Below, in pieces: positions 9,591-20,308 of a stretch of DNA of 64,000 bases; within the stretch, counting starts at the first letter, position 1, and every line of letters begins with the position of its first letter. The notes under the pieces were generated by a model that was given only the letters and a program-made list of their open reading frames with translations, searched no databases and was not told the origin of the DNA. The stretch covers positions 5,216,001 to 5,280,000 of the forward strand of contig OZ242029.1 in the NCBI GenBank assembly GCA_965205015.1, written 5' to 3'. The DNA is from Candidatus Poribacteria bacterium (GTDB lineage Bacteria > Poribacteria > WGA-4E > WGA-3G). The position numbers and the translations under genes are program-made.

Positions 9591-10679
9591 ATGAAAATAC
9601 TTGGTATTGATACTTCATGTGATGAAACCGCTGCTGCGGTTGTTGCTGATGGGAGAGAAGTTCTTTCTAACGTTGTTGCTTCACAGATTGAAGTGCACCA
9701 AAAATACGGTGGCGTTGTCCCGGAACTCGCATCGCGCAAACATATTGAAGCGATCAACTACATCGTGAGTCGGTCGTTGGCAGAAGCAGATGTCACATTC
9801 AAGGACTTAGAAGCGATAGCAGTGACGAACCGTCCCGGCTTAATTGGGGCATTGCTTGTTGGGGTCGCCGCGGCGAAAAGTCTCGCCTATTGCCACAATT
9901 TGCCACTGCTCGGTATTAATCACATTGAGGGACACATTTACGCGCCCTTTTTGGCGCAGCTTGCAAGCCAAAACTTGCTGTCAAAAGGCATGGTGCATGA
10001 TGCCTTGCCATTTCCCCATATCTGTCTTACGGTTTCTGGCGGGCATACGCTGCTCGTTGAAGTTCACGAAGGATGGCAATACAAGGTATTAGGTGGTACA
10101 CAAGATGATGCCGCGGGTGAAGTATACGACAAAGTTGCGAAGTATCTCGGACTTGGTTTCCCTGGCGGAAAAATAATCGATGACCTCGCCCAGAAAGGTG
10201 ACCCGTCGGCGATAAAATTTCCGAGACCGATGCGAAATACGGATGATTATCAATTCAGTTTTAGCGGTATCAAGACCTCGGTGCGTTATTTTGTGGAGAA
10301 GGCGCGACGGGCAGGTCTAATTGCGGAGAATGGACAAAAAGAAGTGGAGCCCACAAACCCTGATAGGATAACTGTTGAGGATATTGCTGCCAGTTTTCAA
10401 GCCGCTGTCGTGGATGTGCTTGTTTACAAGTCGCTTCGCGCTGCGAAAACCACTGGCGCCAAGGCGATAACTTTGACGGGTGGCGTTGCCGCAAATAGCC
10501 AGCTGCGTGCTTCACTAAAGGCTGCCGCTGCAGAGATCGGTGCAGAAGTCTACTATCCGCCGATGCGCCTCTGTACAGATAACGGTGCAATGATCGCCGG
10601 AATCGCTTACCAGAAATATCGGCAGGGACTCCGAGATGAACTCTCTCTGAATGCGACGCCGAACGGAGCCCTTGTCTGA
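9591..10679 (+). CDS. tsaD: tRNA N6-adenosine threonylcarbamoyltransferase
   Basis: ILGIDTSCDET, GGVVPELASR, HIEGH, VSGGHT, GGVAAN, CTDNGAMI; start at 9591. Confidence 0.96.
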   Translation: MKILGIDTSCDETAAAVVADGREVLSNVVASQIEVHQKYGGVVPELASRKHIEAINYIVSRSLAEADVTFKDLEAIAVTNRPGLIGALLVGVAAAKSLAYCHNLPLLGINHIEGHIYAPFLAQLASQNLLSKGMVHDALPFPHICLTVSGGHTLLVEVHEGWQYKVLGGTQDDAAGEVYDKVAKYLGLGFPGGKIIDDLAQKGDPSAIKFPRPMRNTDDYQFSFSGIKTSVRYFVEKARRAGLIAENGQKEVEPTNPDRITVEDIAASFQAAVVDVLVYKSLRAAKTTGAKAITLTGGVAANSQLRASLKAAAAEIGAEVYYPPMRLCTDNGAMIAGIAYQKYRQGLRDELSLNATPNGALV

Positions 10680-10768
10680 TCCGCCACAAGACGTAAGCCC
10701 GTAATGAAATTAGGTTCTCCTTAAATGGCATACTTTATCTTTGCTTTACATTTGGAGGGCGGTTCTAC

Positions 10769-11413
10769 GTGAAGAGACATCAACCTACAAATCACCTGAC
10801 CGAACCGCAAGGAAACATTAAAAAAGCCGTCCGATGTCTAAAGTCAGGCGGTATTGTCGCTATCCCCACCGATACGGTCTATGGGTTAGGTGCCGATCCA
10901 TTTAATCCAGCTGCCGTGCAAAAACTCTACACGGTGAAGGGACGACCGGATGGAAATCCGATTCCGCTCGTTCTCAGTTCTGTTTCGGATATCCACCGCT
11001 TCTCTCGAAACCTACCGGATTTCTTCTTCTATCTCACAGATCGATTTTGGCCCGGTGGTTTGACCATCGTTATTGAAAGCAAAGGTTTGCTGCCAGTGTT
11101 AACTGCTGGAGGGAATACTGTCGGGGTTCGGATTCCAGACAATCCACTGCTTTTGAAAATCCTCCAAGCGTTTGGTGGACCGATGGCAATAACAAGCGCG
11201 AATCTCTCTGGAGAACCGCCAGCCACCTCTATTGAAGAAATTGGTAGGGAACTCACCTCACGAATTGATATGATCGTCGATGGAGGGAAGACCCCAGGTC
11301 CCATCCCCTCTACCGTTTACGACATTTCCGTTTCGCCGCCACTTGTTCGACGACACGGCGTAATTTCAGAAGAAACACTCGCCAAGGAGTTCGCGTGCTA
11401 CAACAAGCATTAA
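10769..11413 (+). CDS. tsaC: Threonylcarbamoyl-AMP synthase (Sua5/YrdC)
   Basis: IPTDTVYGL, KGRP, FWPGGLT, TSANLSG, PSTVYD. Confidence 0.92.
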   Translation: MKRHQPTNHLTEPQGNIKKAVRCLKSGGIVAIPTDTVYGLGADPFNPAAVQKLYTVKGRPDGNPIPLVLSSVSDIHRFSRNLPDFFFYLTDRFWPGGLTIVIESKGLLPVLTAGGNTVGVRIPDNPLLLKILQAFGGPMAITSANLSGEPPATSIEEIGRELTSRIDMIVDGGKTPGPIPSTVYDISVSPPLVRRHGVISEETLAKEFACYNKH

Positions 11414-11979
11414 AACAACTGCTCCAATTCTTAGCCACCCCCACAGGACAGTGGGTGCTTCTCGGCTGCGTCAGTTTTGTAGCATTAGGAATCGTCTATA
11501 ACAGGAAAAAGCAGATTCCGGGGTTGACGGTAGAGGTTATCCCAGAGGATACATGGTTTATCAACCGGGACGACAATCATCGTCTCGCCATCGTTGTCTC
11601 GTTACACCTGATTAACAAATCAAGCGCACCTATCCGGATTCAGAAATGTAAACTGAGTGGATATTCACCCAGACCACCGCCTGAAAAGTTGTTCTTACAG
11701 GGACATGATACGAGTGTTGAGTTGACGTATCCGAAGCACGACCTCTTTGTTGACGTAGGCGCACATCCTTCAGAACATACTTCAGAGTACGTGCTGAACC
11801 CTTACACCGAGCAACGGATGTGGGCTTTTTATCACTCCGGCATTGTTACGATGACCAATATGCTTCGCGCCCCTATTGTACTCCGAGATGTGAATCGGAA
11901 GCGCAAGTCTATACAGATAGCTGTGCCTCGCAATATGGAACAGATTCAACTCTATCGCGAGGCAGCAATGCGGTGGTAA
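11395..11979 (+). CDS. Hypothetical membrane-anchored protein
   Basis: 194-aa ORF overlapping the end of tsaC; one TM segment followed by a beta-rich region. Confidence 0.6.
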   Translation: MLQQALKQLLQFLATPTGQWVLLGCVSFVALGIVYNRKKQIPGLTVEVIPEDTWFINRDDNHRLAIVVSLHLINKSSAPIRIQKCKLSGYSPRPPPEKLFLQGHDTSVELTYPKHDLFVDVGAHPSEHTSEYVLNPYTEQRMWAFYHSGIVTMTNMLRAPIVLRDVNRKRKSIQIAVPRNMEQIQLYREAAMRW

Positions 11980-13023
11980 TTAATCGAGATCAGACAGTTT
12001 AACAGTGCTGCCACCCGCTTCTGCTGACATGTCAGAGGCAAAGACAACGCGATGTGTTTCAAATGCCGTGTCAAAGTCGGTCAGAGGCATCGGTTCATTT
12101 CGTCTGATGCTGTCTATGAACGCTTGGAATTGCGGTTCATATGGATGGTCGCTGACGTCGCCAGAATCAATGAGCGAGGTCTCAAGCGTACTCCATCTAC
12201 TCTTATCCATACCTTGTAATTTCGCGGAATAGATGCGATTGTCAAGCAGGCTTCCCTCACTTCCAACGAGGTGGATATGGAAATAATAAGGCTGTAAGCA
12301 ATCGACACAGGAAGTGACTTTCCCGATTTTTCCGCCACCTTCAAACTTAAGGAGGCTGACGCTCGTCGTTTTATATTCGTAGGGTTGAAAATACGCCCCT
12401 GTAGATTGCGTGTGGTAACTCGTTACTTCCTCAACGTTTCCATCCATGAAAAAGAGGAGGGCATCGAGTGCATGACACCCAGCGGTGAGTAGGGTGCTAC
12501 CGCCAAAGTCCTTTTTGATGTTCCATTCGTATTGTCCGTACCAGGGTCCGATGCCGTGGTAATAATCGACTTCGGCATAGTGGAGGTCCCCGAGCAATCC
12601 GTTGTCAATGACGGAGCGAATCATCGTAAAATGTGCGCTGTATCGACACTCAAAGCAGACACAGACGTTGACCCTTGTGCTTTTAACAGCATCACGGATA
12701 GCTTTTGCGTCTTCGTAGGTAAGGCAGATCGGTTTCTCTATGATGAGATGTTTCCCGGCTTGCGCAGCAGCGATGGCTTGTTCGGCGTGAAACGGATGTG
12801 GCGTGCAAATATCGATGATGTGGACATCCGGATCCGCAAGCATTTTTTCAAAATCGGTATACGCTTTAAGAGGGGTGCCGTATGTTTCTGCCAATACAGA
12901 TTCATCGTGTTCTCGACGCGAACAGATCGCAGTAACATCCGAACCTGTAACGGCTTTGAAGGCTTCGATGTGAGCACCGGCTACCCAGCCAAGCCCGACA
13001 ATTCCAACGTTTAAATTATCCAT
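11980..13023 (-). CDS. Gfo/Idh/MocA family oxidoreductase
   Basis: [10 protein letters not shown] Rossmann motif, GKHLIIEKP; AGGAG RBS before the ATG at 13023. Confidence 0.9.
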   Translation of the reverse strand: MDNLNVGIVGLGWVAGAHIEAFKAVTGSDVTAICSRREHDESVLAETYGTPLKAYTDFEKMLADPDVHIIDICTPHPFHAEQAIAAAQAGKHLIIEKPICLTYEDAKAIRDAVKSTRVNVCVCFECRYSAHFTMIRSVIDNGLLGDLHYAEVDYYHGIGPWYGQYEWNIKKDFGGSTLLTAGCHALDALLFFMDGNVEEVTSYHTQSTGAYFQPYEYKTTSVSLLKFEGGGKIGKVTSCVDCLQPYYFHIHLVGSEGSLLDNRIYSAKLQGMDKSRWSTLETSLIDSGDVSDHPYEPQFQAFIDSIRRNEPMPLTDFDTAFETHRVVFASDMSAEAGGSTVKLSDLD

Positions 13024-13040
13024 TTTACAGCTCCTTTGAT

Positions 13041-13066
13041 GACTCATAACTGATAACTGACGACTA
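13041..13066. repeat. Heptamer tandem array, single arm
   Basis: gactcat-aactgat-aactgac-gact, same family as 4907-4931. Confidence 0.65.
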
Positions 13067-13216
13067 TTATAGCATGGATATGGATTTTTGGAGTGAAAAA
13101 TTGCGGGTCCCTTTAGTTCTTCTATAGAGGCATCCCTTGTGGGTGCCCACAAATCCGTCAATCTATCTCATGCAACCGATGGAAATCTGGGAGTTAAATG
13201 GATCTGAAAAAATAGG

Positions 13217-13245
13217 TTGCTATAATTTTCATTTTCCTATATAAT
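13217..13245 (+). promoter_or_regulatory. Sigma70-type promoter P1 upstream of the guaB-like gene
   Basis: TTGCTA-17 bp-TATAAT. Confidence 0.6.
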
Positions 13246-13364
13246 TAATGACGAAGGAATATTGGCTTCATTTCACAAATTCGTTATTAGATGTCTAAGT
13301 GCGTTTGGTAAGTGCTGGTCTGGGAGCGAATCGGAACCCACTTCGTATCGGCACGATAAATGTT

Positions 13365-13393
13365 TTGACGTGAGAGAGAAAGTATACTATAAT
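13365..13393 (+). promoter_or_regulatory. Sigma70-type promoter P2 upstream of the guaB-like gene
   Basis: TTGACG-17 bp-TATAAT. Confidence 0.75.
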
Positions 13394-13480
13394 ATGTAGG
13401 AATTGGAGAATAGTGCTTTTTTTCAGGTAAGCGTGTGCTGTGGGAGCCCCGCGAACACTGCTGCTCGGCACCGTTTCTGA

Positions 13481-15025
<1,545 letters not shown>

Positions 15026-15071
15026 CGATTATAGGGTTGTCAGTAAACCACAGGAGGCACTAATTATAAAA

Positions 15072-15620
15072 ATGAAAGTTAACGAAGAAATGTCTTTTTG
15101 GGATAGACTCTATATCCCTGCGTTGATTAAGGGAATGTTTACTACCCTGAAACATATCCCGAAGAAAAAGTTGACCTATCAGTACCCTGAAGATCCTCGG
15201 AGTGTGGATGAACGCAATGATAGATACCGCGGCATTCACAAACTGACGGTGACAGAAAAAGACGAAATTAAATGCGTCGCCTGTTTCTTGTGCGCAACTG
15301 CCTGTCCTGCGGATTGCATTACAATTCAAGCAGCACCTGCCCCGGAAGGTTGGCAAACCAAGGAAGGCTATCAGCGCGAGAAATACCCGGATGTCTTTGA
15401 AATCAATATGCTCCGTTGCATATTTTGTGGGTATTGCATCGAGGCTTGCCCTGAAGATGCGATCCGGATGACAGGGTTAACGCTCCCTCAGTACTTTCGT
15501 GAGCGTCAAAAAGAGGGAGAAAGTCTCGGAAGTGCCCGCAGTGACTTCATCTTTGATCGAGACATGCTCGTTGCAAACAATAACATCCCGCAAGAAGGGC
15601 TTAGCGTTGAAGCGAAGTAG
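15072..15620 (+). CDS. nuoI: NADH-quinone oxidoreductase subunit I
   Basis: TYQYPE, RYRGIH, CVACFLCATACP, INMLRCIFCGYCIEACP. Confidence 0.9.
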   Translation: MKVNEEMSFWDRLYIPALIKGMFTTLKHIPKKKLTYQYPEDPRSVDERNDRYRGIHKLTVTEKDEIKCVACFLCATACPADCITIQAAPAPEGWQTKEGYQREKYPDVFEINMLRCIFCGYCIEACPEDAIRMTGLTLPQYFRERQKEGESLGSARSDFIFDRDMLVANNNIPQEGLSVEAK

Positions 15621-15641
15621 GTGGACCGATCGAGACGATTG

Positions 15642-16193
15642 ATGGCATCATACGCTCCCTTCCCGAATAAGAAGTACAGCATCATATACGCCGATCCGCC
15701 ATGGGATTACAAGGGACAACTCCAGCACACAGGAAGTGGCGGCAAGGATAGTGGCGGCGCGATTCGACACTATCCCACTGTTCCGGTATCAGAAATGAAG
15801 ACTTGGGATGTTGCCGCAATTAGCGAAGAGAATTGTCTGCTTTTTATGTGGAGTTCTTCTCCACACCTGGATCAGGCGATTCAGCTTGGCAAGGCGTGGG
15901 GATTTCGGTGGGCAACAGTCGCTTTTGTCTGGGATAAGCAACGCCTGAACCCCGGTTTCTACACAATGAGTCAATGTGAGTTATGCCTTGTTTTCAGACG
16001 TGGGAACATTCCACAACCACGAGGCGTAAGGAATATGAGGCAACTCGTTCAGGTTAAACGGACACGTCACTCTGAAAAACCGGATGTCGTGCGTGAACGG
16101 ATTGAGAAAATGTTTCCACAGCAGTGTAAGATTGAACTGTTTGCACGAAAGCGGTACCAAGGTTGGGATGCATGGGGCCTCGAAATTCACTAA
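15642..16193 (+). CDS. MT-A70 family N6-adenine methyltransferase
   Basis: IIYADPPW, LFMW, AWGF, FVWDK, HSEKP, IELFAR, WDAWG. Confidence 0.9.
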   Translation: MASYAPFPNKKYSIIYADPPWDYKGQLQHTGSGGKDSGGAIRHYPTVPVSEMKTWDVAAISEENCLLFMWSSSPHLDQAIQLGKAWGFRWATVAFVWDKQRLNPGFYTMSQCELCLVFRRGNIPQPRGVRNMRQLVQVKRTRHSEKPDVVRERIEKMFPQQCKIELFARKRYQGWDAWGLEIH

Positions 16194-16384
16194 CTTCGTA
16201 AACGTCTGTTGTGCCGTTGGCACATGAGTTTAGCCAATAAGGCGGGAGCGGAAATATTAATTTTTAGTTATTAACAGACCGGGTATGACGGTCGTGGTTA
16301 ACATTCAACCGTTGTGTTTCCACCGGTCATTCACACATTTATTCGCCTAAATTTATTTGAAAGGCATACAATCGAATCGACCCA

Positions 16385-19171
16385 ATGCAAGGATTATCAC
16401 TTAATTTTCGTTCAGAAACGCTTTTAGCGATAACTGATAAAATCAAATCCAGTATTGAGGGACGGATGAGTTGGGGAGATACCTTTGGCTTAGGGCTTGG
16501 TGTGAAGTCAGATAAACATCTGATCGTTTGGACACCAAAAGAGAGCTCAGAGGGGGCTATTCTACCCGGTTTTGACTCAGAAGATGGCAAGCTTACAGTA
16601 AAGATGCGACCGCGCCCAGGGGCATGGGTTTCCTGGATTGACGAGGCGAAGATCACAGCTGAGACACAGGACGACTATGACCGAGTCCACAAAAGCATAC
16701 AAGAATTGGAGCGCAATGCGCGCCAAATCACGGATTTCGCCGATGGTATTGTCTCGGACATCACTGTTCAAAACTTGGGGAAATCCCTAACGCTTTCCGA
16801 ACTCGCTCAGGATGTTTTAAAAACACGTTTGACAATACCCAGTACCGTCAAAACGGGTGGATACGTACTCGCGAATATTGAGGGTACTGATACGGAGGTG
16901 ATGCACCCGGCTACTGTTATCATTCCGGAGCAAACCCACATTCATCGCGTTCATCTCAACGAAGATGCGCTTTTTGATCAAATACTCGCGCGGGACTTTA
17001 ATGTGCTCCTTGTCGCCATCAGGACCCATATTAAGCAGTACCCCGACCTGATCGATTTGGGGTACGGTTTAACACTTTATACTCGACTGTCTAATGTATT
17101 TGATGATCAGGGTGCGGAGACGTCTGATCCGATTCAGGTGCTTGCCACAGCAGTGGTTTACGATCCTCTTGAACCGGAGACGCTGCAGTTCGTGCCTATT
17201 GCGTTCAACGCACCCGCCGAGGAAATTGAGACCGCAATTAGCGAGAGTTCAAAGAAAATCGAAACGTACACGGTGAAAGCCAATCAGAACGCCTATCAAC
17301 TCATGGCGCAATTTCAACAGGGCGTTGAAACCCGTTTGAGAGCCCTTGTCCTTGGACCTGGGCAACGCGTCCATAATAAGGTATGGGACGATTTGGTGAT
17401 TCGTGAATTGCGGAGCAGTATGCTTGCTTTCGTCGAATTCTATGCGGAATATCTCGCCGAGCATTTTGAGGCATCAATTGCAGCAGCAAAAACCGAGGTG
17501 CTCGAAGAGAATATTGAACCCATGATAGAATTTTGGCAATTACAGGACAATCAGCAGTTAACGCTGAATCACCTCATTCAATCCTCCTACAAACTGGCGA
17601 ATCAGGTGCTCGATCGAGCTGCTGGGTTGTTTCATGATCTGGTGTTTGAACAGGATTTTATTGAGACTGGGCTTGTCAAACAGATGGATCTCTCAATTTT
17701 TGAGAATAACGAACGCTTAGACGAAATTTATTTGCCACAATGGACGCGCGGAACGGTGCGTGAGAAGATGGCAGGTTTTACCCTTCGCTCAACTTTACAT
17801 CCGACGCAAGTTGAACGGTTGACGACTATCTGGTTGGAATTGTTGGAACTCGCGAACTTCGCGAGTCAGCACAAGCAGGATTTTGAAACTGTTATTCAAC
17901 CGTTAGTTAATCTCCTATTAGCTCCTAAGACAGGGAAGCCAACACAGCGCCGAAGTCAGCAGGCACAGCATCGAGGTGGGGCTCCCAATTTTGTTGGTTT
18001 TGAGATTCCTGATAAAACTGTCGAGCAGTTACTGGATCATGTAAAGCTGCATTTACCAACAGTAAAACAGTGGTTGCAGAATATGCCTTCAGCAGTGGAG
18101 AAGCAACAGCATTACGCAACTTTGTGGGCGTTGGTGCTTGATGGTAGGCTCCGTGAGCAACTTCTTGCCGATATTCAACCGACCTGTGATATTAATCTGA
18201 GTGTGCCGGACCAGACCAAAAGGTTAATCAACCTCATGCTGGAAAGCGCGCTCATTATTCAGGCTGAGAAAGACCGTAAGTCAATAGAGCGTAACCTCAA
18301 CCGAGCGATTATCTCAAAGACTGGACACGAATTGGCAAATGTCACAACAGCGGCGATGCTTGCTATCCATGGAGATACCCTACTTGCTATACTTTACGAG
18401 GAATTGCTGGGGTATCATGATACTTTGGCAAAACGGGCAGGTCGGCTCGCGAATACCCCTCAGAAAGGGAAAAAGCGGAAGCGGGGGCAATCACGAAATA
18501 ACGGTGCCGCGAACGCTGAGGCGATTGAGGCGGAACAGCAAAAAGTTGAGGAACTTATGGCGTTCCTTAGACCCTACCGCCAAGAAGAAGTTATCACCAC
18601 TTTGGCGACAGCCGGTATGGATCCGCGTGCCATTAACCTTGAAGAGATTCGGAAACAGCAGGTACTCAGTTTCGATGTAGGTGATTTACCTGCCATAGAT
18701 GAAACATGGCTCGGTGATAGTAAGAGTGTTGAGGATTATCCAAATTTGCGGGTGTTCCTCCTGCAAAATCAGCTGCCAATATCGACGACCGGCAGATTGC
18801 TTATGGAATTGCGGCAGCAATTTCCGGATGAACTTTTCAATCACGTGTTGGGACTCATCCAAGAAGTTAAAGCACTCCAAAGCAACGATTTTAAGGGGGA
18901 CCTACTCAATCAGTTTGTCACCTATATCTCCGAAAAGGTGTGGCGATGGGAGTTGACACAAATTACGGAATCTGAACTGCCGCTCTTGTTAAAGGAGAAG
19001 GTCCTGGCATCGGCGATCTGCTATGAAAAAGAGGTTGATACCTTGCTCGAATACGTTGAGCGTTACGATGAACTGGTAGCTACAAAACTATCAGCAGATT
19101 CAGAAATGGACAACCACCGTCAATATATTGAGGACCAATTTCAGGCAATCGTTGAAACCCTTTTGGTGTAA
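16385..19171 (+). CDS. Large hypothetical protein, mostly helical (928 aa)
   Basis: Long uninterrupted ORF with no recognisable catalytic motif; two short basic low-complexity linkers. Confidence 0.8.
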   Translation: MQGLSLNFRSETLLAITDKIKSSIEGRMSWGDTFGLGLGVKSDKHLIVWTPKESSEGAILPGFDSEDGKLTVKMRPRPGAWVSWIDEAKITAETQDDYDRVHKSIQELERNARQITDFADGIVSDITVQNLGKSLTLSELAQDVLKTRLTIPSTVKTGGYVLANIEGTDTEVMHPATVIIPEQTHIHRVHLNEDALFDQILARDFNVLLVAIRTHIKQYPDLIDLGYGLTLYTRLSNVFDDQGAETSDPIQVLATAVVYDPLEPETLQFVPIAFNAPAEEIETAISESSKKIETYTVKANQNAYQLMAQFQQGVETRLRALVLGPGQRVHNKVWDDLVIRELRSSMLAFVEFYAEYLAEHFEASIAAAKTEVLEENIEPMIEFWQLQDNQQLTLNHLIQSSYKLANQVLDRAAGLFHDLVFEQDFIETGLVKQMDLSIFENNERLDEIYLPQWTRGTVREKMAGFTLRSTLHPTQVERLTTIWLELLELANFASQHKQDFETVIQPLVNLLLAPKTGKPTQRRSQQAQHRGGAPNFVGFEIPDKTVEQLLDHVKLHLPTVKQWLQNMPSAVEKQQHYATLWALVLDGRLREQLLADIQPTCDINLSVPDQTKRLINLMLESALIIQAEKDRKSIERNLNRAIISKTGHELANVTTAAMLAIHGDTLLAILYEELLGYHDTLAKRAGRLANTPQKGKKRKRGQSRNNGAANAEAIEAEQQKVEELMAFLRPYRQEEVITTLATAGMDPRAINLEEIRKQQVLSFDVGDLPAIDETWLGDSKSVEDYPNLRVFLLQNQLPISTTGRLLMELRQQFPDELFNHVLGLIQEVKALQSNDFKGDLLNQFVTYISEKVWRWELTQITESELPLLLKEKVLASAICYEKEVDTLLEYVERYDELVATKLSADSEMDNHRQYIEDQFQAIVETLLV

Positions 19172-19290
19172 TTTTCAGGTTTCCAACGCATATGGGTGTC
19201 GCAGGGGTGTTTTGTCATCGCGCTTCCTTCACAACAAGCGCGGTTGTAGATCGTGCTTATACATAAATGGATTTTTTGTAAGGGTGATAG

Positions 19291-20202
19291 ATGAAAGTAG
19301 TTTTGTTGGGCAACAGTCAGTTAGCCGTCTCAACTGCCTGGGGCTTGTGTCAAGCAGAGGTGGCGCGTGAAGTGGTCTTTGTGTCGGACGCTGCATCAAA
19401 TAAGAATAGGTTTGTTCATCCAAAAGAGGGCACACCGGGAAATCTCCGAGATCTCGTAGAAGCAAACGCTTTAAGTCTAAGTGACACCGCGGTTTCGACT
19501 TTCGATTCATTAGAGGGGTTGGCGAACGCAGACGTCGTTGTCCTGTTGCCACCGGTGGGGCAATCCGCTTTTCGGTCTTCTCAAGCCTCAAAGACAACAG
19601 GGATCGCGCTTGCTCGGAGATTTGTAACCGGCATCCAACACTATGCCGCGGAAGCAAAGGTTCTGGTAGCAATATCACCCTCGAATTACATCGCTGCCTG
19701 GATACATCAGGCACTCGGCGGCGGGCAAATTATCGGGCTCGGAAACGGGACTGCTACAGCACACTTAGCCTCTGAAATTGCGAAACGTGTTGATGTGTCT
19801 GTGAAAGACGTAACGGCTCTGGCGATCGGGAGTGATCAAGAGACGTATCCACTCCCGCAATACTGCCGCGTGAACGGTATTCCGCTTGCACAACTCATTT
19901 CCGAAGCTGACATTGAAGAGCTCTGTGAAGCCGTTGTGCAGCGTTGCCCGTATGCCGTGAGTGGCGAATGGACGTTGGTAAGTCATATTTTGCAGGTTGT
20001 TTCGGCGATTGCCCTTGATAAAAGACGAGTTATGAGTGTCGGCACACATATCTCAGCGGGGACAACATCCGTTTATCTGAATGTTCCCGCACAGGTCGGA
20101 TACGATGGTGTCGCTGCTATTGTCCCGCTTGAGTTGACCGATCAACAACGCGAACGATTTAGAAAATTAGTAGGGCAGAGTGCTGAAGACCAAATTCTAT
20201 AG
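19291..20202 (+). CDS. Malate/lactate dehydrogenase-fold protein, apparently non-catalytic
   Basis: LDH/MDH layout (ADVVVL, VSVKDVTALAIG, VNGIPL, AIALDKRRVMSV, VPAQVGYDGV) with the catalytic motifs substituted. Confidence 0.8.
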   Translation: MKVVLLGNSQLAVSTAWGLCQAEVAREVVFVSDAASNKNRFVHPKEGTPGNLRDLVEANALSLSDTAVSTFDSLEGLANADVVVLLPPVGQSAFRSSQASKTTGIALARRFVTGIQHYAAEAKVLVAISPSNYIAAWIHQALGGGQIIGLGNGTATAHLASEIAKRVDVSVKDVTALAIGSDQETYPLPQYCRVNGIPLAQLISEADIEELCEAVVQRCPYAVSGEWTLVSHILQVVSAIALDKRRVMSVGTHISAGTTSVYLNVPAQVGYDGVAAIVPLELTDQQRERFRKLVGQSAEDQIL

Positions 20203-20220
20203 AAGTTTTATTCATGAAAC

Positions 20221-20300
20221 GGCTATTAGCCGTCAGCGGTCGGAAAGTAGACTCTGGTTTATCACGAAACCACTTTACTGACGACTGAAAACCGATAGCG
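20221..20300. repeat. Inverted heptamer array element upstream of the xdhC-like gene
   Basis: Left arm ggctatt-agccgtc-agcggtc, central tggttt/aaacca, right arm actgacg-actgaaa-accgata-gc. Confidence 0.7.
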
Positions 20301-20308
20301 ATTAAAAG

